Shown: positions 9,202-18,497 of the stretch, piece by piece | How positions within the stretch are numbered: the first letter of the stretch is position 1 | Layout: every line of letters starts with the position of its first letter | Origin: Candidatus Heimdallarchaeota archaeon | Lineage (GTDB): Archaea > Asgardarchaeota > Heimdallarchaeia > Hodarchaeales > Hodarchaeaceae | Assembly (NCBI GenBank): GCA_011364965.1 | Contig: RDOB01000002.1 | Coordinates: 256,001 to 320,000 of the forward strand | Length of the DNA: 64,000 nt | Direction of reading: 5' to 3' | Position numbers and translations under genes: made by a program | Notes under the pieces: model-generated | Told to the model about the DNA's origin: nothing | What the model saw: only the letters and a program-made list of their open reading frames with translations | Database searches by the model: none

Positions 9202-11157
9202 TTATAAGTTGTGTTGCACGGTGTGGGTTAATTTTCCGCCAGCAATTATGATCTCTCTTTCCCTTTTAGAAAGAAAATCAAAATTAGCCTCATAATCTGA
9301 GTTCTGAGTTACATTATGCACTATGATTTTATTGTTATTGCTCATCAATGCCCTTCTAATTCCCATGATATTCAAAATGTCATTTGGTTTAATTTGATCA
9401 AAATCTCGAGGATTAAGAAACGTTAATGGTAGAATTCCGAAGTTTACTAAATTATCCTTATGTATCCGAGCAAAACTTTTAGTGAGGACCGCCTTGATAC
9501 CTAGGTACATTGGAGCTAGAGCTGCATGTTCTCTTGAAGAACCTTGGCCGTAATTATCTCCTCCAATGATAATTCCTCCACCATTTTCTTTTGCTTCCAA
9601 AGCTCGGGATGGAAAATCTTCATCTACCTGTTTAAAAACATATTTGGAGATCTCGGGAAGATTAGAACGTAATGGAAGAATTTCTGCGCCTGCAGGCATA
9701 ATGTGATCAGTTGTGATATCATCTTCCACTTTGATTAATACTCGAATATTAGTAATATTGTCTGGCATTGGTGAAAAATCTGGTAGTGGGGCAATGTTTG
9801 GTCCACGAATGATTTCGACCTCTTTGGGATCAGAAGCGGGTTCTAAAATCATTGAATCATCAATCTCAATTGTACTTGGAAAAGTAATATTGGGATAATC
9901 CCCAAGGTTTTTTGGATCTGTGAATTCACCAAATACTGCTGCCGCAACAGCTACTTCGGGGCTAACTAAATATATTTCTGCACTGTCTACCCCACTTCGA
10001 CCAAAGAAATTCCGATTAAATGTCCGAACTGAAACACCATTTGAATTTGGAGCAAATCCCATTCCTATACATGGTCCGCAGGCTGATTCTAAAATTCTAG
10101 CGCCTGCTGAAATCATGTCAGTTAATCCTCCACTTTGTGCAAGATATGCTAGTACCTGTCGAGAACCAGGCGAAATTCCAAGAACAGTTTCATTCGAGAT
10201 TTTACGTCCCTTTAGCAGTGCGGCCACGATTAACATATCTTTTAGTGAACTGTTAGTGCATGAACCTATTGCTACTTGGTCTACTTTTTTGCCATATAAT
10301 TCTGATAATGGAACTACATTACCAGGAGAGTGTGGTTTAGCAACAAGAGGTTCTAAGCTTGAGAGATTAATTTCAATTATTTCATCATAATCTTTTTCTA
10401 ATCCTTCGGGAATCTCTATCCAGAGATCTTCGCGTTTTTGGAGTTTTAAAAAAGAACGTGTGATTTCATCGGATGGGAAAATTGATGTTGTTGCGCCTGT
10501 TTCTGCTCCCATGTTTGTAATTGTAGCTCTTTCAGGAACACTTAATGTTTTTATACCTGGTCCAAAGTACTCCAAAATGCTTCCAACTCCTCCTTTAACT
10601 CCAATCCTTCTTAATATTTCTAATATAACATCTTTTGCAGTTACATATGAGGGAAGAGATCCTAATAGCTTAACTCCGATGATTTTGGGCGTTTTTATAT
10701 AAAATGGGCCACCTCCCATTGCTACTGCCACATCAAGTCCACCTGCCCCAATAGCAATTTGCCCCATCCCACCTGCTGTAGGAGTATGAGAGTCAGAGCC
10801 GATTAAAGTTTTTCCAGGGGCGCTGAATCGTTCTAAAAAGACCTGATGACAGATACCATTTCCTGGCCTAGAAAATTTTATTCCATACTTTTTCGCTACA
10901 CTCTGGAGGTAGCGGTGATCATCTGGGTTTTTGAAATCGGTTTGAAGAGTGTTATGATCTACAACACTTACAGATAATTCTGTTCTTACCTTTTCGAGTT
11001 TCATGGCTTCGAATTGGAGATAAGCCATTGTTCCCGTTGCATCTTGAGTAAGTGTATGATCGATTCGAATTCCGATCTCTTTACCCTTTTCGTAAGTACC
11101 CTCTATGAGGTGTTCCTTCAAAATTCTTTCTGCAATACTCGTCATTTGGCGAGACAC
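9202..11157 (-). CDS. acn: Aconitate hydratase (single chain, ~650 aa)
   Basis: TQDATGT, DHN, GICHQ, GSDSHT, GSCTN, CGPCIG (three Fe-S Cys), FNRNF, TTDHIMP, NYGQGSSREHA. Confidence 0.95.
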   Translation of the reverse strand: MSRQMTSIAERILKEHLIEGTYEKGKEIGIRIDHTLTQDATGTMAYLQFEAMKLEKVRTELSVSVVDHNTLQTDFKNPDDHRYLQSVAKKYGIKFSRPGNGICHQVFLERFSAPGKTLIGSDSHTPTAGGMGQIAIGAGGLDVAVAMGGGPFYIKTPKIIGVKLLGSLPSYVTAKDVILEILRRIGVKGGVGSILEYFGPGIKTLSVPERATITNMGAETGATTSIFPSDEITRSFLKLQKREDLWIEIPEGLEKDYDEIIEINLSSLEPLVAKPHSPGNVVPLSELYGKKVDQVAIGSCTNSSLKDMLIVAALLKGRKISNETVLGISPGSRQVLAYLAQSGGLTDMISAGARILESACGPCIGMGFAPNSNGVSVRTFNRNFFGRSGVDSAEIYLVSPEVAVAAAVFGEFTDPKNLGDYPNITFPSTIEIDDSMILEPASDPKEVEIIRGPNIAPLPDFSPMPDNITNIRVLIKVEDDITTDHIMPAGAEILPLRSNLPEISKYVFKQVDEDFPSRALEAKENGGGIIIGGDNYGQGSSREHAALAPMYLGIKAVLTKSFARIHKDNLVNFGILPLTFLNPRDFDQIKPNDILNIMGIRRALMSNNNKIIVHNVTQNSDYEANFDFLSKREREIIIAGGKLTHTVQHNL

Positions 11158-11200
11158 CTTTAAATTTTCTTATTAAAATCCTATTAATGCCTTCGTTGAC

Positions 11201-11307
11201 CGAATATGGGCATATACAGTCACGCCCATATCGTTGAAATGGATTATTTATTGTTATCGTATTTACAATGTAAGCTACAATATTACAATCGAATTACAAG
11301 ATTACAG
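11201..11307. promoter_or_regulatory. Divergent control region: GC-rich inverted repeat plus TACAA repeat array
   Basis: ATATGGGC (11204-11211) / GCCCATAT (11224-11231); TACAA/TACAG at 11264, 11276, 11284, 11295 and 11303. Confidence 0.55.
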
Positions 11308-11419
11308 AAAAATTGGCCAAAATCTCTCTAATTCTTATGAGCGAAACATTCATAATTTTTCCTCTTTGTGTGTTTTTTCAAGTGAAAAAGCCGCATTACA
11401 TCCAAGGTGAACTCAGTCA

Positions 11420-12817
11420 GTGAAGGGTCTAAACAGCTTTGTGTTATTCTATGGCGACCAGAAAATTACGGATTTTTTACCCTCTTTTTCAGGAACTGTG
11501 AAATTATTAGAACCTATAGAATACAAATCCCTGATAAACAGTGAGAACATGCAGCAAGAGTTTTATCGTGTCCTTAATTCCCCAATAGGATTCAAAAACT
11601 CTTTCAAGGATTTAATTCATTCAACTGTGATTGGAACAGCTAAAAAACTCGTGATAATCGTTGATGATATTACTCGACCAAATATTCACACTAAAATTTT
11701 GCTTCCAATATTATTAAATTACCTCAATGAACTTGGAGTAAGCTCTCAAGTTATGATCATGGTTGCAAATGGAACTCACTCAATGCCCACCTTAGATCAA
11801 ATTGCAACTAAAGTAATTGGCCTTCCCTTTTTTCATAAAGTGAAAAAATTAATTGAATTGCACAATTGTGACAAAAATATAGAGTACGTTGGACAAACGA
11901 GTCGTGGTACGCCCATTTATATTAATAAGTATGTTTTGGATGCAGGATTAATCGTACCATTAACTGATTCAGAGTATCACTGGTTTGCGGGACAAGCAGG
12001 GACTGTAAAATCATTATGCCCTGGGGTCGCAGGAAGGAAAACAATTCAGTATAATCATCCAATGATGTTTGATCTTCAAATTGGATTCAAAGAAAGTATC
12101 AAGCTTGGGGTAACTGATGGAAATCCAGTCATTGAAGATATGAAAGAAATTGTTTCATTGTTAACCAAAGATCATATAATTTTTGGTATTGATACTATTG
12201 TTAATAACAATCAGATTGTTTATCTACAAGCTGGAGATCTATTAGCTCTGCATCATCTTGCTAAAGAACCATTAAGAGAGCTCCGTGTTGTCCCTGTTAA
12301 ATCAGAAGGAGATATTGTTATTATCAGTCCTGGTAATCTGGGGTTGAATTTATATCAGACGGGTAAAGCTTTTCATGCTGGTTGGCATGCTGTCCGAAAA
12401 GATGGAAGAGGTAAAATTATAGTATTAGCCCCGTGCACTGAAGGACATGGAAATCAAGCTTATTACGAAGCTATGTTGAGTTGTGAATCGTTATCAATTG
12501 AAGAAGCGTTGAAGTATTGTATTAATACTTATTGTTCAGTGGATAGTTTTAAAATAGGAAATCAGAAACCAGTGGATCTTCTTCGTATAATTAAGGATGT
12601 TGGGGAAGGAAACTTGAGTGTGATAACAGAGATGGATAAAAACATACTCCAGAGGGTTTTTAGAATTAAAGCTCTTAATCCAGAGGGCAATTTTGTATCT
12701 AATTGTCTTAAAACAGAACTTTCAACTTATTTACAAAACACTAAAAATGTAATCATATATTTGATAAAAGACCCAGGTATATTAGTGGAACCGAACCAGA
12801 TTAATCAGAGAGTTTGA
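11420..12817 (+). CDS. larA: LarA-family (nickel-pincer) 2-hydroxyacid racemase/epimerase
   Basis: IIVDDITRP, ANGTH, HNCD, GQTSRGTP, HWFAGQAGTVKSLCPG, IQYNH, NLYQTGK, APCTEGHG. Confidence 0.88.
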   Translation: MKGLNSFVLFYGDQKITDFLPSFSGTVKLLEPIEYKSLINSENMQQEFYRVLNSPIGFKNSFKDLIHSTVIGTAKKLVIIVDDITRPNIHTKILLPILLNYLNELGVSSQVMIMVANGTHSMPTLDQIATKVIGLPFFHKVKKLIELHNCDKNIEYVGQTSRGTPIYINKYVLDAGLIVPLTDSEYHWFAGQAGTVKSLCPGVAGRKTIQYNHPMMFDLQIGFKESIKLGVTDGNPVIEDMKEIVSLLTKDHIIFGIDTIVNNNQIVYLQAGDLLALHHLAKEPLRELRVVPVKSEGDIVIISPGNLGLNLYQTGKAFHAGWHAVRKDGRGKIIVLAPCTEGHGNQAYYEAMLSCESLSIEEALKYCINTYCSVDSFKIGNQKPVDLLRIIKDVGEGNLSVITEMDKNILQRVFRIKALNPEGNFVSNCLKTELSTYLQNTKNVIIYLIKDPGILVEPNQINQRV

Positions 12818-13430
12818 TCGTCATTTCTAGTCCATTCGGTAAAAAAGGAATGGTTACACTAGAGCAATTTGTTAGACGTTGAAAATAATCTACCAAATCC
12901 TCGCATACTTCTGGATTTTCTTTGTGAATATGAGGACAGTCGAGAATATTATCAGATAATATAATTCCTCCAATCTTAAGCTTTGGAAGTAGTAATTCAA
13001 TGAAATTAATGTAATCTTGCTTATCCGCGTCTAAGAAAACTATATCAATCCTTTTTTCAAGTTTTGGAATCTCTAAGAATGCATTCGAAGTTATTATTTC
13101 AACATAATCCTCTAATTCTGCTTTCCTTAAATTAAGACGGGCAATACGAGCTTTCTCCTCAATTAATTCATATGTGATGACTTTCCCTCCATTTGGTTTT
13201 GCAGCAGCTCCCAACCATATTGTGGAATAACCAAATGATGTTCCTATCTCTATGATGGTTTTAGCTTGGGTAGCAATTACAAGATTAAAAAGGAATTGTC
13301 CCTCTTCAGGAGTAATGGCCAAAGACCTTTTAATCATGGGAATATGCTCCCCAGCTTCTTCTATCTTAATTTCTACTTCTCTTTGGTCTTTTAATTCCGA
13401 TAGAATTTTGAGAATATTCTCAGAAATCAT
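12801..13430 (-). CDS. SAM-dependent O-methyltransferase (caffeoyl-CoA/COMT-like)
   Basis: IIEIGTSFGYSTIW, VFLDADKQDY, GGIILSDN. Confidence 0.9.
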   Translation of the reverse strand: MISENILKILSELKDQREVEIKIEEAGEHIPMIKRSLAITPEEGQFLFNLVIATQAKTIIEIGTSFGYSTIWLGAAAKPNGGKVITYELIEEKARIARLNLRKAELEDYVEIITSNAFLEIPKLEKRIDIVFLDADKQDYINFIELLLPKLKIGGIILSDNILDCPHIHKENPEVCEDLVDYFQRLTNCSSVTIPFLPNGLEMTIKLSD

Positions 13431-13716
13431 TCATACCACCAGATCCCCTATAAATGAGTAAATTATAGATCTATCAAGCTACCAGTTTTACCTTTCCTAT
13501 AATAATTCATTGATCCTATTCCCGAATTTAAAAGTTTAAAAGGGGGATTGGGATTACAAGAAGAAAAGAAAAAAGGAGTATATAGAATCCCTTCTCCCGC
13601 CCTTAGATAATATTTAGTAAGATCTACTATCGTATTTAGAGATTTAAGGAGAAAAGAAATAAGGAGTTCAGAGAATAAATTTCTCATCTTGATTATTTAT
13701 ACTGGTAGTGTTTTCT

Positions 13717-14052
13717 ATGGTAAGTTTTTGTGAAAATTGCGGATCATTACTAGTTCCTGAAAGAAATGGTTCTGGAAAAATCACCTTAGTCTGTAAAATT
13801 TGTAAGAAAGAGTCGAAAGAGAAATTTAGAGATTCCTCTTATCAGATTTCTAGTAAAATAAAACACACAGAGAAAGATCTTCTAACCGTTATTGAAGAAG
13901 ACTTCGATATCCGTCCTATTACCAAAGTTGGTTGTCCTAGATGTAATAATAACGAAGCTAGATATTGGGAAGCAGAAGACCGTAGGAAAGAAGAATGGGA
14001 AACAACGACATATTATAAATGTACCAAATGTGGCTGGGTTTGGTCTGAATAA
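13717..14052 (+). CDS. tfs: Transcription factor S (TFS/RpoM) family paralogue
   Basis: Two Zn ribbons, FCENCGSLL..CKIC and CPRC..YYKCTKCGWVWSE; hairpin tip is non-canonical. Confidence 0.88.
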   Translation: MVSFCENCGSLLVPERNGSGKITLVCKICKKESKEKFRDSSYQISSKIKHTEKDLLTVIEEDFDIRPITKVGCPRCNNNEARYWEAEDRRKEEWETTTYYKCTKCGWVWSE

Positions 14053-14066
14053 ATACCGATCTAAGA

Positions 14067-14750
14067 TTATATAAGAGGATTCGGGGGAAATTTAATAGTT
14101 AAAAGATCCTCAATCTTTTTTCGTAGTTCTAAGAATGAATAACCTTCGTTACGAAGAGTTAAATCAAAATTTTTCTTATCACGAAAGGAAATTTTGTAAA
14201 TTCTTTCCAAACGAGTACCATCAGTCTTATCACGATGCTTAATACGCTTTACTAATTCCTCTTGATCCATGTTAAATTCCGCTCTAGTTGGGTCATGTGA
14301 AATTCTGTAAGCTATTACTTTTGCTGCCACCTCAAGCCAGATTGTGAGTCCATTTTGTCCGATAGCAAATGGAGCCATTCTTCCTACAAATATTCCTCCT
14401 TCTAATAAAGCTGTTTTTAAAGCGTGTTTCTCTATCTCAATATCAACTTTTTCAGCAAACTGTTTATCCTGCGTTTCTTTGATATGATTCATAAATTCGT
14501 CTAATCTTTTCTCTTCCCAGCCTGATTCTATTGCAATTTTTCTAACAAACTCTCCAGCTCCTGTAATTTTCAAATCCATAGCATGCTGTTTAAGGAAAAA
14601 CTCATGCACAAATCTAGCTACAGTATCCTTACCCGTTCCCGAAAATCCTCCAATAGCGATAATCGGGGTTTTTCTTGATAAAATTTGCGGTTTAAACTTT
14701 TTAAAAAGCTGTAATTCATAATCTCTCAAAAGAGGGATATAGGTACCCAT
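14067..14750 (-). CDS. cmk: Archaeal-type cytidylate kinase-like protein
   Basis: P-loop GFSGTGKDT, AGEFVR, D..I, GRMA, RD..D..R...IY.I. Confidence 0.75.
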   Translation of the reverse strand: MGTYIPLLRDYELQLFKKFKPQILSRKTPIIAIGGFSGTGKDTVARFVHEFFLKQHAMDLKITGAGEFVRKIAIESGWEEKRLDEFMNHIKETQDKQFAEKVDIEIEKHALKTALLEGGIFVGRMAPFAIGQNGLTIWLEVAAKVIAYRISHDPTRAEFNMDQEELVKRIKHRDKTDGTRLERIYKISFRDKKNFDLTLRNEGYSFLELRKKIEDLLTIKFPPNPLI

Positions 14751-14765
14751 TAGGAGTTCATCGAC

Positions 14766-15545
14766 CTATTTTCCAAATTCGGGCTTTCTTTTATTTAAAA
14801 AGGCATCCACACCTTCTTTCATATCATTATGTGCAAAGCACAGAGCAAAAAGTTCTAACTCCATTCTAACTGCATCAGATATGGCCATTTGTGTACCTCG
14901 ATTTACAGCTTCTTTTGCCATATTTAAAGCAAACGAAGGTCCTTCAGCCAAATTTTCAGCGAGTTTTTGAACAACTGAATCCAATTCTTCTTGGGGAACA
15001 ACTTTGTTTACAAGATTAACTTCATAAGCTCTCTTTGCATTAATATTATTACCAGTAAATATCAATTCCTTAGCGATTCCTGTCCCTACAATTCTTGATA
15101 ACCGCTGAGTTCCTCCGGCACCTGGAATAAGCCCTAATTTAATCTCTGGTTGACCAAGGATAGCTGTTTCACTAGCAATCCTAATATCAGCTCCCATCGC
15201 TAATTCTAAACCTCCTCCTAAACAATAACCGTTTATTGCTGCAATTACTGGCATTGGAAGATCCTCTAGCATGTTGATTACAGCTTGAAGATTTAAAACG
15301 AGATTACGAATGGTAACTGGAGTTTTGTTTTTAAATGCAGTGATATCAGCTCCAGCTACGAATGCTTTAGTACCAGCACCCTTTAAAATCACCACTCTAG
15401 TATCAGATGATTTTTTGATATCATTAAGGCAAAAAATCAATTCCTCAATGGTTTCTAAATTTAGAGCATTCAGGGCTTTTTCTCTATTAATAATTATGGT
15501 TGTAATATTATCCTCTGTCTTTACAATTAGATTTTTGTACTCCAT
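14766..15545 (-). CDS. crt: Enoyl-CoA hydratase (crotonase)
   Basis: AFVAGADI, LGGGLELA, GQPEIKLGLIPGAGGTQRL with both catalytic Glu. Confidence 0.92.
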   Translation of the reverse strand: MEYKNLIVKTEDNITTIIINREKALNALNLETIEELIFCLNDIKKSSDTRVVILKGAGTKAFVAGADITAFKNKTPVTIRNLVLNLQAVINMLEDLPMPVIAAINGYCLGGGLELAMGADIRIASETAILGQPEIKLGLIPGAGGTQRLSRIVGTGIAKELIFTGNNINAKRAYEVNLVNKVVPQEELDSVVQKLAENLAEGPSFALNMAKEAVNRGTQMAISDAVRMELELFALCFAHNDMKEGVDAFLNKRKPEFGK

Positions 15546-15764
15546 GAAAAGACCTCTGACTATTAAATAGGTGATACTCCCAAAGTGAAATTTAGTTTAA
15601 AATTCTCGTGTCCCACTTATTTTGAAATAAAAGGAACTTTATAATTCAATTATCGGTTTTAAATTCCTTTGTCCAATTAGATTCTTACAAAAATTTATCT
15701 AGTTGCTACTTTTCTCGAAAAACTTTAAATTTGAAGATTTTTTATGAATTTGTTTTACTAAATT

Positions 15765-17228
15765 TCAAATTCGTTGTCTCCATTTGAAATAGTTAACTAT
15801 ATATCGAAAAGCATGAACCATACGCTCTGGAGAAGGGAATATAGGATAATCTTGATCTGAAAGATAATTAACTGCTGGGGAATTTTGGGATGTCAATAAT
15901 GTGGTGATAAAAATTGGTTTGCAATATTCCTGTGATAGTCTAATTATTTCTTGAAAAAGCTTAATTTCAGCTTTAGAAATGAAATCCAAACTAATCTTTT
16001 GTTCATCCGGAATTAATGGGGATTCTTTAGCTAAATTAGCTAGGAATGAAAATCCTCCAATCCCTAATAGAAAGATTGCCTCAACTACAGGCATTTCCTG
16101 TAAAATAATTTCTATTATGTCTCTGATTGTGTTTAAATTTAGGGATGCAACTGTATCAATTGGATTTCCTTTCGACCAAAAAGGCGGTAGCAAATTATTT
16201 ATTTTTTCAAAAGCTTTCTCATTTAGCTGTTCAAGAATTATTCCATGCTTCGAGCATGAATCTGCAGCCATAACTCCCCATCCTCCACCAAGAGTTAAAA
16301 TGACAACTTTTCCTCGTGGAAAGGACCAATTACCCCACCGAGAGAAAGCAAGTACGAGATCGAACATCTCCTCGAGAGTTTTGATAACAACAGCGCCTGA
16401 GTTCTCAAGTACGTTTTGAAAGACTTGGTCGTCTCCAGTTATCGCTCCTGTATGAGACATTGCAGCTTGACTCCCTGCTTTACTTCCTCCAGCCTTCAAA
16501 ATAATAATTGGTTTCTTTTTCGAGATCTCTCTGACTAAATCAACAAAACGTCTCGCATCTTGTAGACCTTCAATATAAAGCCCAATAACTTTTGTTTTTT
16601 CATCATGGTTTCCGAAATATTCGAGATAATCGGACATTGTTAGATCAGCCATATTTCCTGCCGAAACATATGCATTTAGTCCAATACCTCTCCTAGACGC
16701 AACAGAGATACCTATAGTACCAATGTTTCCTGATTGTGAAATAAAAGTCATTCCTCCAGATTTAAGTCCTTCAACTGGCCACATGACTGCAGTTAGATTC
16801 ACACGAGTTGAGACAATCCCCATACCATTCGGGCCTATTAAGCGGATGTTATTATTTCGAGCAAAATGAACGCATTCCTCTTCTAGCTTACGACCTTCCT
16901 CTCCAGACTCTTTGAAACCTGCTGTGATAATAACAATATGGTGAACCCCCCGTTCTTTAGCTTGTTCCAAAATTGAAAGTACAATATCAGCTTTTACTAT
17001 AATAATAACTAGGTCGAGCTTGATATCCTTAGGGATATCCAATATAGTTGGATAAGCTTTAACTCCCAAAATTTTCTTTTTACGAAGATTGATCGGAAAA
17101 AATTGTCCATCATAATTATTTCTGATTATATTGTGAGCAACAATGAATCCCCATGATTGCAGTTGATCACTTGCACCTACTAGTGCTACTGTTCTCGGAT
17201 TAAAAAATTTCTCAAGATTATTAGTCAT
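15765..17228 (-). CDS. acdA: Acetate/acyl-CoA ligase (ADP-forming) alpha subunit
   Basis: VALVGAS, ITAGFKE, GPNGMG, SQSG, SAGN, AAMSHTGA (phospho-His), NPID. Confidence 0.9.
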   Translation of the reverse strand: MTNNLEKFFNPRTVALVGASDQLQSWGFIVAHNIIRNNYDGQFFPINLRKKKILGVKAYPTILDIPKDIKLDLVIIIVKADIVLSILEQAKERGVHHIVIITAGFKESGEEGRKLEEECVHFARNNNIRLIGPNGMGIVSTRVNLTAVMWPVEGLKSGGMTFISQSGNIGTIGISVASRRGIGLNAYVSAGNMADLTMSDYLEYFGNHDEKTKVIGLYIEGLQDARRFVDLVREISKKKPIIILKAGGSKAGSQAAMSHTGAITGDDQVFQNVLENSGAVVIKTLEEMFDLVLAFSRWGNWSFPRGKVVILTLGGGWGVMAADSCSKHGIILEQLNEKAFEKINNLLPPFWSKGNPIDTVASLNLNTIRDIIEIILQEMPVVEAIFLLGIGGFSFLANLAKESPLIPDEQKISLDFISKAEIKLFQEIIRLSQEYCKPIFITTLLTSQNSPAVNYLSDQDYPIFPSPERMVHAFRYIVNYFKWRQRI

Positions 17229-17539
17229 TGAATGATATCCTCGTGATTTTTGATTATGATTAGGTATTGTAAAGGAGTTAAAACGTTATTTTAGGGCTTT
17301 TAATATTAGCTTGTTTATTGTACAATATTCTTTTTTATTTGAATGCATTAAGAGGGTGGAAAGGATTTGAAATGCGTCCAACTATTATTTTTTTCTTTCC
17401 TAATACTCGATTTTATTAATTCCTCCAAAAGTCGCTGATAAGCATTGGGAATTCATGAATATACTTTTTCAGTTCTATTTCGTTATGTATAAAGTATTTA
17501 TTATTAATATCTAAAGAGATTTACAAAATCCAAAAGCAA

Positions 17540-17558
17540 ATTAACTCTTCGAGTTAAT
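17540..17558. promoter_or_regulatory. Perfect inverted repeat, putative operator
   Basis: ATTAACTC-ttc-GAGTTAAT, 20 bp upstream of the SDR start. Confidence 0.5.
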
Positions 17559-17578
17559 AAAATTAATGAGGTTTAGAG

Positions 17579-18367
17579 ATGGATCTAGGATTAAATCAAA
17601 AAGTAGCTTTGGTAGCTGCTTCTAGCAGAGGTTTAGGGAAAGCAGTTGCGTTTGCTTTAGCAAAAGAAGGGGCATCAATTATTTTATGTTCACGGAATGG
17701 CGATCAATTACTTTCTGTACAGGAAGATATAATGGAGTTAGGGGTTGATGTCTTAGCAATCCCTGCAGATTTGACTATATACACCGAGGTTAAGCACCTA
17801 GTTAAAGAGGCTTTGAATCATTTCGGAAAAATTGATATTCTTGTGACTAATTGCGGGGGTCCTCCCACAGGAGGTTTTTTAGACTTTTCTATAGATGATT
17901 GGGAGAAAGCTATTACTTTGAATTTGATGAGTACGATTTTTCTTTGTAAAGAAGTACTCCCTCAGATGATTCAAAGAAAACAGGGACGCATCATTATGAT
18001 CGCGAGTATTTCCGTGAAGCAGCCTATTGATGGACTTATACTCTCCAATACTGTCCGTGCAGGAGTCGCTGGTTTAGCTAAAAGTCTTTCTAATGAATTT
18101 GGTAAAGATAATGTCTTGATAAATCTTGTTTGCCCAGGATACACAAAAACTGAGAGAGTTACACAACTTGCTTCAGTTATTTCGACAAAACGAAAAATAT
18201 CTACGGACGAAGTAATCAACGAATGGGCCAGCCAAAATGCTTTAAACCGTTTAGCCACTCCAGATGAATTTGCTAATGTTGTTGTATTCTTAGCTTCTGA
18301 AAAAGCAAGTCATTTAACAGGAGTTTCAGTTCAGATTGATGGTGGATTTATTAAATCCCTTCTTTGA
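17579..18367 (+). CDS. Short-chain dehydrogenase/reductase (FabG-like)
   Basis: AASSRGLG, NCGGPP, GRII.IAS, CPGYT.T.R, VDGG-like end; the YxxxK motif is replaced by SNTVR, as in one SDR subfamily. Confidence 0.9.
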   Translation: MDLGLNQKVALVAASSRGLGKAVAFALAKEGASIILCSRNGDQLLSVQEDIMELGVDVLAIPADLTIYTEVKHLVKEALNHFGKIDILVTNCGGPPTGGFLDFSIDDWEKAITLNLMSTIFLCKEVLPQMIQRKQGRIIMIASISVKQPIDGLILSNTVRAGVAGLAKSLSNEFGKDNVLINLVCPGYTKTERVTQLASVISTKRKISTDEVINEWASQNALNRLATPDEFANVVVFLASEKASHLTGVSVQIDGGFIKSLL

Positions 18368-18497
18368 AATGATTCAAGACATGCTTTATACATCTATTCA
18401 ATTGTTAAGAAGTCACTTACTCCCTCATCCTTTTAATAGAATGTGGTGAATTTCTAAACTGCCATTACAAACAGTTCTATAATAGGTTGAATTCCAA

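Noticed and set aside
11201-11233. Canonical iron-responsive element
   Set aside because: The mRNA-strand loop is not CAGUGN and there is no bulged C; kept only as a generic hairpin/operator finding.
13463-13708. 74-aa minus-strand ORF and a CTACCAGT/ACTGGTAG pair suggesting a MITE
   Set aside because: Only 8 bp of inverted match, no target-site duplication seen and no second copy in the window; the region is adequately explained as a divergent promoter.
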